64,000 nucleotides of DNA from a virus (taxonomy: Duplodnaviria > Heunggongvirae > Uroviricota > Caudoviricetes): IMG/VR virus record IMGVR_UViG_3300045049_000270, one strand, 5' to 3'. The position numbers and the translations under genes are program-made. The notes beneath the pieces were generated by a model, which had not been told where the DNA came from, made no database searches, and worked only from the letters and a program-made list of their open reading frames with translations. How positions within the stretch are numbered: the stretch's first letter is position 1; the number at the start of each line of letters is the position of its first letter. Positions 1 through 9,782 of the stretch are shown here, piece after piece.

Positions 1-52
1 ACATCATTCTTTGTCATTTCTTTTTCAGCAAGTCCTTTATAAGGTGGTTCTT

Positions 53-310
53 CTAGAGTTTGCCTTTAATTTCGAACAGAACGAATTTCAGGCTGTTCAA
101 AGCTTCACTTAGCGTTACATTACCCTTTGTGTAGTCCTCGATGATTCTGTCGATCTTATCGTCTTTCTTTTCGATTTCGGCCAGCAAACGTTTACGCTCA
201 AACCACAAAATCAAAATGAAGATAATGAGGACTGCGATAATAGCCTGTGGACCTCCACCGAGAATTGCGCCGAAAAATTTTTCAATTAATGTATCCATAG
301 TGCCGCCCAT
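53..310 (-). CDS. small membrane protein with C-terminal coiled coil (holin-like?)
   Basis: One strongly hydrophobic segment (AIIAVLIIFILILW) followed by a charged coiled coil; late-promoter motif CATAAATA at 329-336. Confidence 0.55.
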   Translation of the reverse strand: MGGTMDTLIEKFFGAILGGGPQAIIAVLIIFILILWFERKRLLAEIEKKDDKIDRIIEDYTKGNVTLSEALNSLKFVLFEIKGKL

Positions 311-397
311 CGCGAAAGGGGTTTCTTGTATTTATGGCACTTGAACATTCACTTAAAGCGCCTGTTTACATCAAGTAACATTCTTCCAGAAGTCATT

Positions 398-429
398 AAA
401 AAGGCGAGCGGTGTACACCGCTCGCCTTT
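398..429. terminator. intrinsic terminator hairpin
   Basis: AAAAAGGCGAGCGGTG-TA-CACCGCTCGCCTTT inverted repeat with A/T tails. Confidence 0.7.
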
Positions 430-446
430 GGAATTGGGGTCAAACT

Positions 447-779
447 TCAGTTAAAGCGCAACTTGAAAAACATAGCCATATCACTGTCTACAAAATCAAA
501 CGCCAGACCGTGAAAATACATCCGCTCCTTTCGATCGTCAAATAAACCGAACATTTGGTAGTCTTTCGAAGAGAGTTCATTTTCATCAAACCACTCTCGC
601 AACTCACTTACGCTGTGGTCTTGCGCGACCACAATACGAAATCCTATTGGTTTGTGACGTGAAACGCGCGTTGCAACTTGACGGATTTTGTCAGCGTTGA
701 AACGGCTGGCTTTTGCTTGATTCCAGTTGTAGTTGGTCTGTACGATCATTCCCTTTTTGCTCCGTAAGGGATTAAACAA
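447..779 (-). CDS. hypothetical protein, 'DxxAxxFKL' paralogue family
   Basis: ELREWF helix and C-terminal FVDSDMAMFFKLRFN. Confidence 0.7.
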   Translation of the reverse strand: MFNPLRSKKGMIVQTNYNWNQAKASRFNADKIRQVATRVSRHKPIGFRIVVAQDHSVSELREWFDENELSSKDYQMFGLFDDRKERMYFHGLAFDFVDSDMAMFFKLRFN

Positions 780-910
780 AACCGCTTGCGCTTTTTGTGG
801 CTTCCTGTCAGCGACGCTTTTTCAACTAAGTAAGAGTTACTGCTCCGGTCCTTACTTGCTCAGCTCCCCGTTTAACGTCTTACTGCACCACTGGCTTAGT
901 ATAGCAAGCA

Positions 911-1669
911 TTACTGCAATAGTAATAGCAAAGTGCGCGCTTCCGTGTAATTTTGCAACACTAAGCATTCACCTAGCGCTTCAACGTCCCACCCTACACC
1001 CAGTAAAATTTGCAGCTTCTTCGCCAAAAGCTTGCCACCGTCAGTCATGCTGACAGCAGCTTCATTTAGCTTATACTGGGGGAATAGTCGGTCACGTGGA
1101 CCGAATGATAAGAACGGAAGGCTTACTACTTCGCCTGAGCCGCAGAGTGACATAAGCTCGCACTCAATTATAACATTATTAAGATCGCTTGCATGAAAAA
1201 ATTCATGAATCTGGCTATCGAGCTCGGCCCGCATCACACGATCAACTAACTTTGAATTAAATGCGCGGGTGCCTTTAACCGTGCGAAGTCGCATGCGCCA
1301 TTTATCGATACCAGCGAGTGATCCAACATCACGTAGGATGTTCTGAATTGCGTCAGCAATCTTCAGATTTAAAGGCAACTCCACGAACACCATATAGTAG
1401 CCTTTTACATCAGGAGCTGGTGAAATGTCAGTGTCCAGCAGATCAACATAGCTCTTCTGAACGAAGCGATTCAAGTCTTGAGCAGCGGAACGATCTTTCA
1501 CATAAAATGCAAGTACGATGGCCGAATCATCTATCTTGCTATTATATTCATCAATGCTAATGACGTCACCGACCAAGTTCTTGAGATCATTTCGTCTCAA
1601 ACCTTCGGTCAGGATTTCAGCAGTGTTTGAATCAGGGCGGGCTAAACGTTCACTCATTTTCGCCTCCAT
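911..1669 (-). CDS. conserved jumbo-phage hypothetical protein
   Basis: 252-aa ORF, overlaps the upstream gene, phage-like composition. Confidence 0.7.
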   Translation of the reverse strand: MEAKMSERLARPDSNTAEILTEGLRRNDLKNLVGDVISIDEYNSKIDDSAIVLAFYVKDRSAAQDLNRFVQKSYVDLLDTDISPAPDVKGYYMVFVELPLNLKIADAIQNILRDVGSLAGIDKWRMRLRTVKGTRAFNSKLVDRVMRAELDSQIHEFFHASDLNNVIIECELMSLCGSGEVVSLPFLSFGPRDRLFPQYKLNEAAVSMTDGGKLLAKKLQILLGVGWDVEALGECLVLQNYTEARTLLLLLQ

Positions 1670-2189
1670 TGCTACCTAGGTCACCACCGACCTCATCACT
1701 AGCAGAACCTTGTGTGGCATCAATCCCATCATCTGTCGTATGGTAAGCTGTGTCAGAATTAACACCAGCATCAACAGAACTATTAACATCATCCGCATCA
1801 ATGCTCTGATCGTAAAAGTCAACACCCGAATTGTTCATACCGCCTAGCAGTTTTCGAGGAACTTCGACGTCCAACACCCAACAAACATGCTCATCATCCT
1901 TTTGGAGGTGTTCTACGGGGACTTTATTGTACTTAACATAGATGCCGTGCTTCAACAAACGAAGCGCGGCACGAGGATCTGGCATGTCTTCGTAGTCGTA
2001 TTTGATTGAGACTTTCACCCAGAATTTACGAATTTTCGGGCCCTGTACTATTTCTCCGTTGAACCAGTTCTTGAACACATAGATGTCCAATGAGTCAAGG
2101 ATGTCTTCCACTTGCAATAAAATATCCAGCAAATGTGGCGTCTCTTCAATTGATTTAAGGTCTAGTTTTTGATCCATAGTTTTTCCCAC
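1650..2189 (-). CDS. conserved jumbo-phage hypothetical protein with acidic tail
   Basis: 179-aa ORF after late promoter CATAAATA (2197-2204). Confidence 0.7.
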   Translation of the reverse strand: MGKTMDQKLDLKSIEETPHLLDILLQVEDILDSLDIYVFKNWFNGEIVQGPKIRKFWVKVSIKYDYEDMPDPRAALRLLKHGIYVKYNKVPVEHLQKDDEHVCWVLDVEVPRKLLGGMNNSGVDFYDQSIDADDVNSSVDAGVNSDTAYHTTDDGIDATQGSASDEVGGDLGSNGGENE

Positions 2190-2273
2190 TTGCGATTATT
2201 TATGCCATCAAAAAGACGAGGGTTGGCCCCTCCTGTTAAGCCAACCCTCGGACCACTTTCGTGGAATTAATCG

Positions 2274-3110
2274 TTATTTGGATAGACGATCAAAAGCTCG
2301 TTGAAAACGAGCTGCCTTCTCGTCAATTACTTCTTCACCATCATCATACAATTCAAGAATTTCTTCGATAATTGGGTGACGTTCGACATCACTATTATCG
2401 AATTCTAGAACTGAAATATGATCTGATTTTTTATTAGCGAAACGAGCAATGAAGTCTTTGAGACCATTCTTCTCAAAGCCACGATCATGCTGATTAATAT
2501 CACCAGTAATGATCATTTTGCTGTTTTCACCAATACGAGTCAAAACCATCTTCATCTGATTTGGTGTTGAGTTTTGGCATTCGTCGAACAGAACTACCGC
2601 GTTTTTCAAAGTACGACCGCGCATATAAGCCAAAGGAGCGATTTCGATCATTTCATCTTCGATCATCTTCTCAATTTGCTTTGGACTGTAGTATTCCTTG
2701 AATACATCCATGATTGGAATGACCCATGGTGCCATCTTTTCAATCAGTGTACCTGGGAGGAAACCATGATCTTCATCAACTGAAACAGCAGGGCGCGTAA
2801 TGATGATTTTGTCTACTAAACCTTCTTTCAATGCTTTGATTGCATACATTGTAGCGAGCAATGTTTTGCCAGAACCAGCTGGGCCAGTTGCAAAAACGAT
2901 ATATTGTTCTTCGTCTTCTAATGCTTTGATGTATTTTTCCTGTGTGAGGCTTCTAGGGATGAGATCTACTCGACGCTTACGTGGGACAAATCGTTCGAGT
3001 TCTTGGACATCGTAACCAGGTGTGGATTGATTGTTACGATTAGTATTGCGTTCAGCGCGTGGGTTTGGTCTATCTGCGCGTTTAGCTCTTTTGGTCACTC
3101 CAGCCTCCAA
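2274..3110 (-). CDS. phoH: PhoH-family ATPase
   Basis: GPAGSGKT Walker A, ITRPAV, GFLPG, LAYMRGRTL, DECQN, LTRIG, GDINQ, VERHP motifs. Confidence 0.95.
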   Translation of the reverse strand: MEAGVTKRAKRADRPNPRAERNTNRNNQSTPGYDVQELERFVPRKRRVDLIPRSLTQEKYIKALEDEEQYIVFATGPAGSGKTLLATMYAIKALKEGLVDKIIITRPAVSVDEDHGFLPGTLIEKMAPWVIPIMDVFKEYYSPKQIEKMIEDEMIEIAPLAYMRGRTLKNAVVLFDECQNSTPNQMKMVLTRIGENSKMIITGDINQHDRGFEKNGLKDFIARFANKKSDHISVLEFDNSDVERHPIIEEILELYDDGEEVIDEKAARFQRAFDRLSK

Positions 3111-3331
3111 ATGCTATAGGATGTGAATTGTTGTAAAAACTACTAACTTAATTGGCTGTTCTTCGTTATTTATGAGTGTCTTTAACGACTTTTGTACTGT
3201 TTTATCTCCGCCAATTTCGTTATAAATGGAACCTTTATCGATTTCCATATGGCAAAAAGCCAGCACCAACAGGGTGTTCCTGTCATTTGCTGGCTAATTG
3301 TTACTGCAAAGTTCTTCAAAGTATTTCTTTA

Positions 3332-3573
3332 TTATGCTGCGTCTGCTACTTCAACGTATTCGTACGACCATTTCGATTCAGGTTGATTACAATTACCTAA
3401 TAGTAGTCTCACTGCATCAAAAAATCCTTCCGATTTTTATTACCCTTATCATTATAATAATCACCATATGTGACTACTAATTGATCGTCTTTAAAGATTT
3501 CAATGAAAAAATATTCACCGTTGAAATCTTTGTCATCTTCAGCATAATGAATTACTTCTTTGAACTTGTTCAT
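3332..3573 (-). pseudogene. frameshifted small phage gene (not in ORF track)
   Basis: ATG overlaps the upstream stop (ATGA). MNKFKEVIHY...YGDYYNDKGNK continues after a 1-nt shift in an A5 run (3434-3438) as KSEGFFDAVRLLLG...ADAA*. Confidence 0.6.
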
Positions 3574-4139
3574 TCTGCTACTTTAGACTTTGTCTTGCGC
3601 TTTGGCTTAACATGCACTTCTTCGGCTTCAACATGTTCAACTTCTGGTTTGGATTCAGTAGTTTGACCTAGTGCCCGTTTTGCATCTTCTACCGACCCAC
3701 CAGTTTTAGTGATTACGCTAGTAACCGCCGATGCCAAATCCTCTGCCGAGATTTGCGCAGAGGGCGCATCAGACTTGATATCTAGGGCTGGTAAACCAGC
3801 CCTGGCGCGTTCCTGAGCTTCCTTTTCCATCCAGAGACCAACTGCTTCGGTTGTTTCTGCTCGGTATTTGGTAAGATAATGCTTCATAACATCGTCAGCC
3901 TTAACATCCTTGAAGCTGTTCTTCACAACCATTGCTTCAAGCACATCAATGATTACTACTGCGCGAACGAGATCTTTTTCCTTTACCCGATCGACAAAGT
4001 TAACATTTTCGAAAACTGACCAACTTTCGTCGTTCATATCAGCCCAACCAGCCTTTGTCGTATTCACACCTTTAGCTGGACGATATGTATTGAAAACCAT
4101 CATGAAAGGGCGCTTCGATAGATATTTTTTGTTGTACAT
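3570..4139 (-). CDS. hypothetical protein
   Basis: 189-aa ORF in operon; basic C-terminus. Confidence 0.75.
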   Translation of the reverse strand: MYNKKYLSKRPFMMVFNTYRPAKGVNTTKAGWADMNDESWSVFENVNFVDRVKEKDLVRAVVIIDVLEAMVVKNSFKDVKADDVMKHYLTKYRAETTEAVGLWMEKEAQERARAGLPALDIKSDAPSAQISAEDLASAVTSVITKTGGSVEDAKRALGQTTESKPEVEHVEAEEVHVKPKRKTKSKVAE

Positions 4140-4150
4140 TGTTCTTTTCT

Positions 4151-4546
4151 TTAAAAGTCTTCAGTGATTTCTGTAAGGTCATTAATTATCTTACTGGCTT
4201 CGTAGGTAACAGAACCACTATAATAACCATTGTGCGAGTTACGAACTTCAATGTCAATATATCCATAAGTAGTCATCAAAGTCCAAAATGCAGCTTCTTC
4301 ACAATCTTGTCGTGTCGATTCACACGCTTGCCAAGGCTTTTCTTCAATAAACAAAACCACACAACCGGCAATCCCATCATGGACTGGTAATGTGACATGG
4401 TTAAACCATACTTCATTACAGCATGAAACCTGGGTCTCGAATACAAAGTCACCATCAGTCGTTTCGAACACCAAATGCCAATGTTCTAAATCTGTTAAGA
4501 TCTTCTTAATAGTACGTCCGATGAGGGGATCGAAAACGGTTGACAT
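4151..4546 (-). CDS. hypothetical phage protein (SCC...HNGYYSG motif)
   Basis: 131-aa ORF abutting the clamp-loader gene. Confidence 0.7.
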   Translation of the reverse strand: MSTVFDPLIGRTIKKILTDLEHWHLVFETTDGDFVFETQVSCCNEVWFNHVTLPVHDGIAGCVVLFIEEKPWQACESTRQDCEEAAFWTLMTTYGYIDIEVRNSHNGYYSGSVTYEASKIINDLTEITEDF

Positions 4547-5470
4547 TTATTTTGTGATATTGATTAATTCTACGATAGTTGCCGCGAGATTCAGTTCAAT
4601 ATCTGCTACCAGAGAATGATTCACCAAACCTCGACGGATAACCAATAACGCTTCGTTTTGTTGCTCTTCAGTATTACCCCAGAAATGCAGATTCTTATAC
4701 ATAAATCTAAAGATTTCTGGATATTCTTCTGGCTGAGCCTGCTCCACTACCATCTTACGTGCTTCGGTATATTTACCAGCTGCAAACAGATTTGCCATTT
4801 CAAGCATATAATCCTTACCACCAGCATCAGCTTTCTGCGGAGCTTGCAGCTTACCATCACGCACGTTTTGCTGAAGCAAGTTAATACACTTACGCAAATC
4901 TGGGTGCGTCATCTCAACGTATTGTTCCATCGTTTCGATATCAAACTCAATATTCTCGGTAGCAAGGATGGTGCCAATTCTAACCATAAATTCGCTCACA
5001 TCAAGCGCTTCAAAGTGAAAACCTTGGCAACGACTATGGATAGCTGGGATGATCTTATTTGGATAATTGCACGTTAGGATGAAGCGCGCCGTATCATGGT
5101 ATTTTTCCATTTCACCACGCAAAATACGCTGAGCAAGCGGGCTCATGGAATCCGCCTCATCAAGCAAAACGTATTTAAAATCACCCAATGGCCAAGTGCT
5201 AACAAAATTCACAATCTTATCTTGAACCACATCAGCATTACGTTCGCGTGATGCATTAATTTCAAGAATATCACCTTTGTTCACATTCAACAATTTCAGC
5301 ATCATAAGTGCCAAAGATGTCTTACCAGAACCCTGCACACCGCTCAAAAGCAAGTGTGGTAATGCGCCGGCTTTTAGCCATTGTTCAACTTGTTCACGTT
5401 GCGCAGAATCGCGCCAAACATATTCATCTAAAGTAGCGGGTCTATATGCTTCAGTCCAGAGAGTTGTCAT
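4547..5470 (-). CDS. sliding-clamp loader subunit (RFC small subunit / T4 gp44-like AAA+)
   Basis: WTEAYRP, PHLLLSG..GSGKTS, EINASRER, LLDEAD, FILTCNY, SRC, DLRKCIN motifs. Confidence 0.93.
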   Translation of the reverse strand: MTTLWTEAYRPATLDEYVWRDSAQREQVEQWLKAGALPHLLLSGVQGSGKTSLALMMLKLLNVNKGDILEINASRERNADVVQDKIVNFVSTWPLGDFKYVLLDEADSMSPLAQRILRGEMEKYHDTARFILTCNYPNKIIPAIHSRCQGFHFEALDVSEFMVRIGTILATENIEFDIETMEQYVEMTHPDLRKCINLLQQNVRDGKLQAPQKADAGGKDYMLEMANLFAAGKYTEARKMVVEQAQPEEYPEIFRFMYKNLHFWGNTEEQQNEALLVIRRGLVNHSLVADIELNLAATIVELINITK

Positions 5471-5478
5471 TTGATTTG

Positions 5479-5829
5479 TTATAGTTCGGAAGTGTCAAGT
5501 GGGCAATCGTCGGTAACCAGTTCCACACTATCTGGGTACTCAACTTGCCACAGTGTAATTGTTTCTCCTTCCGGCGTCATATATTCAAATCCATTAGTCC
5601 AACGACCATGCTTGACGTAAATCCATTGACCTGGTTGAATATCGTCTACTTGTGGGCCAGTAAGATACACTTGGCACCAACGCGGACGAACACCATGTGC
5701 CTTCATATTGTCATCACGTAGGATGATACCACCAGCCGAAAGCCGTGATCCTTTTTCCATATTGGTGACATAAACGACATTACGAAGTGGTTGAAGTGTG
5801 CCGGTCACGGCAGATGAATGAGTTGCCAT
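5479..5829 (-). CDS. GroES-like co-chaperonin
   Basis: LQPLRNVVYV...SAGGIIL mobile loop...V..TGP.V..IQPGQWIYV. Confidence 0.8.
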   Translation of the reverse strand: MATHSSAVTGTLQPLRNVVYVTNMEKGSRLSAGGIILRDDNMKAHGVRPRWCQVYLTGPQVDDIQPGQWIYVKHGRWTNGFEYMTPEGETITLWQVEYPDSVELVTDDCPLDTSEL

Positions 5830-5851
5830 TTATTATTCTCCTAATCCCCTT

Positions 5852-5880
5852 ATTCTAAGCCACAGTGTAAGGCATGTCAA
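5852..5880 (-). promoter_or_regulatory. sigma70-type early promoter
   Basis: TTGACA-17-TAGAAT upstream of the GroES-like gene. Confidence 0.8.
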
Positions 5881-5954
5881 AATTTGAAATTAGAAAAAGA
5901 TGGGTCGGTAATTGCTTACCGACCCTAGGAGAGAAAGAACAATGGCCTTACTGC

Positions 5955-6317
5955 TTAATCTTTGAAGTCATCCTTCAAGATCTTCTTACCACTCTTCGGT
6001 GCAGTATTAACCGGAGTGGCAGTTTGTGCCTCAGCTTGCTGTGTTGCAATAGCTTTCGCTTGCGCAATCACTTCGGCTGGGGTCAAAAATGTATCTGGTG
6101 TTACTTCCTTCAAACTGATTCGACGGACAGCTCTTGGGTTCTGATTATGGTATTCCTGTGCCACTTCTTCACGGCGCTTGATAATCGTGCCGCCAGGACC
6201 AAGGATATCACCACGAGCATTCATATTTGCATTGCCGATAGCGATCTTATTTTCGTTCTTGGTCATGATTGGAGTGACATCAAGATGCTTGCCCTTCATT
6301 GTTTTAATCTGGCGCAT
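5955..6317 (-). CDS. hypothetical late protein
   Basis: TATAAATA at 6348-6355 and GGAGG RBS point to an ATG start at 6317 (MRQIK...); NARGDILG motif. Confidence 0.7.
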   Translation of the reverse strand: MRQIKTMKGKHLDVTPIMTKNENKIAIGNANMNARGDILGPGGTIIKRREEVAQEYHNQNPRAVRRISLKEVTPDTFLTPAEVIAQAKAIATQQAEAQTATPVNTAPKSGKKILKDDFKD

Positions 6318-6366
6318 GGAATAAACCTCCAATTTAATCTACAGTTTTATTTATAATGGCGAATCA

Positions 6367-6915
6367 TCATTCTTTGATGAATTCTCTGATATCGAGGTCA
6401 TAAAGGATTGAATCAACTCTATGAATACCAATCAAGAATAAACTATAGCTGGCAACACTGGAGCCGCGCCCTACACCCCACCAAACACCAGCTTCGCGCA
6501 AGGTAGAGGTCATGAATATCAAGAAGCGTAGAACGTCTACCATTGCATGTTTTCGGAATAATTGCATTTCTTCGCGCACACGCAAGCGTGCAACATCAGT
6601 TTTGCATCGTTCCAGCAACCAAGCTTCAACATCAATAGTTTTTGCCTCTTCTGGCATTAACCATTGTGATTGTCGTTGTTTATGGAATTCTTCCGGTGTT
6701 ATTTCAAGAGGTTTAGAAACTTCAATGCATTTCTGAGGGGCATCAAACGTTTTGCACCACTTATTATAATTTTCAATAAGATCGGATGATTCAGCCAGAA
6801 CATTCGGTGTTTGGAAATATCCGTTATAGAACATTTCTAAAGCACCTTGTTCATTCAGAATCACTCTACCCCATTCATCAATTTTCTGGGTTACTGTTGT
6901 CATCAAGTCCGCCAC
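6367..6915 (-). CDS. DNA polymerase III alpha (DnaE) partial domain, split-polymerase piece
   Basis: RVREEM..F...FLIF....LRE.GVWWGVGRGSSVASYSLFLIGIHRVDSILYDL..EF matches the DnaE GRGS region; no PHP domain or PDID catalytic motif. Confidence 0.85.
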   Translation of the reverse strand: MADLMTTVTQKIDEWGRVILNEQGALEMFYNGYFQTPNVLAESSDLIENYNKWCKTFDAPQKCIEVSKPLEITPEEFHKQRQSQWLMPEEAKTIDVEAWLLERCKTDVARLRVREEMQLFRKHAMVDVLRFLIFMTSTLREAGVWWGVGRGSSVASYSLFLIGIHRVDSILYDLDIREFIKE

Positions 6916-7591
6916 TAATTACACGTGGTTTAAATTCTGGTTTGATGATAATAGCAGCTTCTGAATTCTCTTTCAAAAATTGCTTCTCAATAAAACTAAT
7001 GTCATAACCAAATTGTGGTGGTTTGGAAAGATCTGCATTCTCACCTGGAATTACATCAAATGTGCTACCATCGTTACGTGCCCACCAAGGTTGAGCATGG
7101 AACGCACGTTCGCCAATCCACTCCACCATTGATGGTAGATACATTTCAGCATGGCCAGCAAATCCGCATGAAAGATTTTCTCGCGTATCACTGCTGATTT
7201 CGACAAAGCTAAACATAACTTGACCGCCGCCCAAAGCATTCAACTTGCTCTGAAATATAACAGCTAAGAAATCTTCGGATGGATCCTCGGGCATTACCAT
7301 TGGAAAGTTGCCAGTTTTTTGACGCCCTTCGTCATCAAACATCATATCAAGTGCAAAACCATTATCTCGATCAAACATAATGGCACTGCTAACAATATGA
7401 TCAAACCAGAAATGGATCTTTTCCAATGCAACTGAAAGTTGCTGTTCAGTACAGCTCTGTTTAACATGCACTTCAGTTTTCAATGAATGCATATGCGATG
7501 ACAATACATTGTCGATGACACGAAGTGATTTAAACTTGAATGTCATCCAACTGAAAGCATCTGGGAGAAGATCGTCGTCAATACCGCTCAT
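6878..7591 (-). CDS. conserved jumbo-phage hypothetical protein
   Basis: Likely start MSGIDD at 7591 with AGGA RBS; late promoter at 7684-7691. Confidence 0.7.
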   Translation of the reverse strand: MSGIDDDLLPDAFSWMTFKFKSLRVIDNVLSSHMHSLKTEVHVKQSCTEQQLSVALEKIHFWFDHIVSSAIMFDRDNGFALDMMFDDEGRQKTGNFPMVMPEDPSEDFLAVIFQSKLNALGGGQVMFSFVEISSDTRENLSCGFAGHAEMYLPSMVEWIGERAFHAQPWWARNDGSTFDVIPGENADLSKPPQFGYDISFIEKQFLKENSEAAIIIKPEFKPRVISGGLDDNSNPEN

Positions 7592-7626
7592 ATTGTTCCT
7601 TTGTGCTGGGTAACCCAGGATGGCAA

Positions 7627-7684
7627 AAACATGGTAACCATTGGAATGGATGAACAGCCAATTGATCCAATGGTTACCATGTTT
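7627..7684. repeat. perfect 19-bp inverted repeat
   Basis: AAACATGGTAACCATTGGA ... TCCAATGGTTACCATGTTT. Confidence 0.9.
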
Positions 7685-7707
7685 ATTTATTAACAACGCT
7701 TATAATG

Positions 7708-8094
7708 TTAAACGTCTGGCTTATGTTTTGTATTTGGTGTCATTTGATCACCAGGAATTTCAGCTGGTTTTTTTGTTTTGGGTGGGAAGAATGATGCAAA
7801 CTTACCACTATTCATACCTGCCTTCTTACTCTTTACTTCAACTTCTTTCTTTTCACGAAGATCTGGTTCAGTCTCGATGACGGCTGGAGCCATACGTTCA
7901 CGCATTTCATGCAAGCGAATCAACATACGTTCCATCTGTTCATGTTGTAAAGCTTCTAGCATAGCATTCAATTGTTCAACAATTGAATAACTACCCATGC
8001 TGTAGGCAAACACTAGTTTGCCTTGAAGATCAGTCACTTTACGTACTATCTCTTCATCACTCATCTTTTTAGGTTCAAAGCCAGGTACGATCAT
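7708..8094 (-). CDS. hypothetical protein
   Basis: 128-aa ORF, helical, in operon with dut. Confidence 0.7.
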   Translation of the reverse strand: MIVPGFEPKKMSDEEIVRKVTDLQGKLVFAYSMGSYSIVEQLNAMLEALQHEQMERMLIRLHEMRERMAPAVIETEPDLREKKEVEVKSKKAGMNSGKFASFFPPKTKKPAEIPGDQMTPNTKHKPDV

Positions 8095-8103
8095 ATCTCG
8101 TGA

Positions 8104-8550
8104 TTATTGTTTACCGGTCGAGCCGAAGCCACCGGCGCCACGATCACTTTCGCCGAACTCTTTAACAACATTGAATTCTACTTGCATGACGGGCACAATA
8201 ACTAATTGCGCCAAGCGATCGAGCGGGTTCAATGTAAACGCGGTTGCGCTGCGATTCCATGTTGACACCATCAACTGCCCTTGATAATCCGCGTCAATTA
8301 AACCAACCAAATTACCAAGAACGATACCATTCTTGTGACCCAAGCCAGAACGGGGCAAAATCATAGCAGCATAACCTGGATTAGCAATGTGAATAGCCAA
8401 GCCTGTTGGGACCAACACCGTTTGACCAGGTTCAATTGTAATAGGTGCATCAATACACGCACGCAAATCAAGACCAGCGCTACCAGCTGTTGCATATGCT
8501 GGTAGTTGATCCTTCATGCGTTCATCCAATACTTTCAGATCGATTTTCAT
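8104..8550 (-). CDS. dut: dUTP diphosphatase
   Basis: [36 protein letters not shown] motifs; Betaproteobacteria-like sequence. Confidence 0.97.
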   Translation of the reverse strand: MKIDLKVLDERMKDQLPAYATAGSAGLDLRACIDAPITIEPGQTVLVPTGLAIHIANPGYAAMILPRSGLGHKNGIVLGNLVGLIDADYQGQLMVSTWNRSATAFTLNPLDRLAQLVIVPVMQVEFNVVKEFGESDRGAGGFGSTGKQ

Positions 8551-8670
8551 ATTTTTGTTAGTGTGATGTTCGCTGACAGTATCAGCGAGTATTTATTCAT
8601 GCAACCAGAAATAGAATGGTTACAGTATCAAACAATACTGTAACCATGAAGACGTGTCAAAATGTGGTGA

Positions 8671-8922
8671 TTACCGCTTGCTCGACTTAGGTGGAGTTGA
8701 TGGAGCAGGGGTGAATGCTGGGTTTGTGATGCGATGATAAACACCACATTTAGGGCAATAAAAATCGACACTACGAAAAATCAAGTTCTGTGGGTCAAAC
8801 GTTGATTTGTTACCACACGGGCAGGTATAACTGAATGGACCCAAGTAGAGCTTACCAAGGCTTGGGTTAGGCTTCTCTTCCTTACGGCGATCAGCGTCAA
8901 TTGGGAACTTGATTACTTTCAC
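8671..8922 (-). CDS. small zinc-ribbon protein
   Basis: CPCG...CPKCG; GTG start at 8922 with GGAGA RBS and late promoter in a hairpin at 8927-8970. Confidence 0.7.
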   Translation of the reverse strand: MKVIKFPIDADRRKEEKPNPSLGKLYLGPFSYTCPCGNKSTFDPQNLIFRSVDFYCPKCGVYHRITNPAFTPAPSTPPKSSKR

Positions 8923-9008
8923 GATGTGTCTCCGCGTGCTCAAATATTTATTTGTGATACCACGGAGACAAAATGTAGTTTTAACCTCCAGGTGAACCTT
9001 GCTATAAC

Positions 9009-9359
9009 CTAAAAGTTGATACTCTTGCCACACCCACATTCGCCTTTCGCTAACGGCAGATCATATGTGATCCTGCTGTTGAAGATACCGTTAGTAACAT
9101 AGTCAATCACAGCACCCAGCATAAAGGGAACAGCATCAGCGTCGACAAAAAATTCATATATTATGTCAGTATCAGGGTTGGCGTCAGGGTTCAATATAAT
9201 AAGCATTGAATCTTTTTTGCCTGGCTTATAATCATATGAAAAGGTCTGACCGTTGCAACCAGATTGTGTTAAGCTAACGGTAAGGCAAGCTTGCTTTTCT
9301 TGCTTCATCATATGGATGAAGTGTGCCTTTGCGGCATCAGTTATTGTGATGATATTCAT
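9009..9359 (-). CDS. IscA/HesB-family Fe-S cluster assembly accessory protein
   Basis: ITITDAA..H, SGCNG..Y, G..IDY, C-terminal CGCGKS. Confidence 0.88.
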   Translation of the reverse strand: MNIITITDAAKAHFIHMMKQEKQACLTVSLTQSGCNGQTFSYDYKPGKKDSMLIILNPDANPDTDIIYEFFVDADAVPFMLGAVIDYVTNGIFNSRITYDLPLAKGECGCGKSINF

Positions 9360-9419
9360 GCAAATATTTAGTTGAGCAATGGACCCCATAACAGAGGTCC
9401 CGCATTGATTGCTTACCGC

Positions 9420-9782
9420 TCAGATGAACGAACTACTTTCGGTGTCATCATTTTTAATCTTGCCTGAAAACTTGGCAAGTGTAAATTGCTTCTCGATATA
9501 ATCTAGAAGGTCTGGCATGATATCATCGTAACCGCCGGCTGAACAGTGTGGTCCGTACTCTTTATAGCCTTTCTTATCGGCCTTGTTGCGCTCACGCTGT
9601 TGCAGTTCGTGTTCACCCCAACGACCGTAATGGCGTTCAAAGGTAAGCGTTTTGCCACGCTTACCCCAGAAGTTATAAAGCGAGCCGCTGTCCATTTCAA
9701 CATAACCCCAAATCTTGTCGTTGTTCAGTGCTGGGCGAAAGCACCAACCGACGAAATGCACTTTGTAACCCATCGTCAACAC
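9420..9782 (-). CDS. WGR-like domain protein
   Basis: DKIWG...NFWGKRGK...KKGY pattern. Confidence 0.55.
   Translation of the reverse strand: MLTMGYKVHFVGWCFRPALNNDKIWGYVEMDSGSLYNFWGKRGKTLTFERHYGRWGEHELQQRERNKADKKGYKEYGPHCSAGGYDDIMPDLLDYIEKQFTLAKFSGKIKNDDTESSSFI

Noticed and set aside
3176-3480. Plus-strand ORFs between phoH and 3570
   Set aside because: Better explained by the minus-strand frameshifted gene and a minus-strand terminator hairpin near 3255-3296
6878-7696. Track start at 7696 for the 272-aa ORF
   Set aside because: The extension crosses a late promoter and a hairpin; the ATG at 7591 has the RBS
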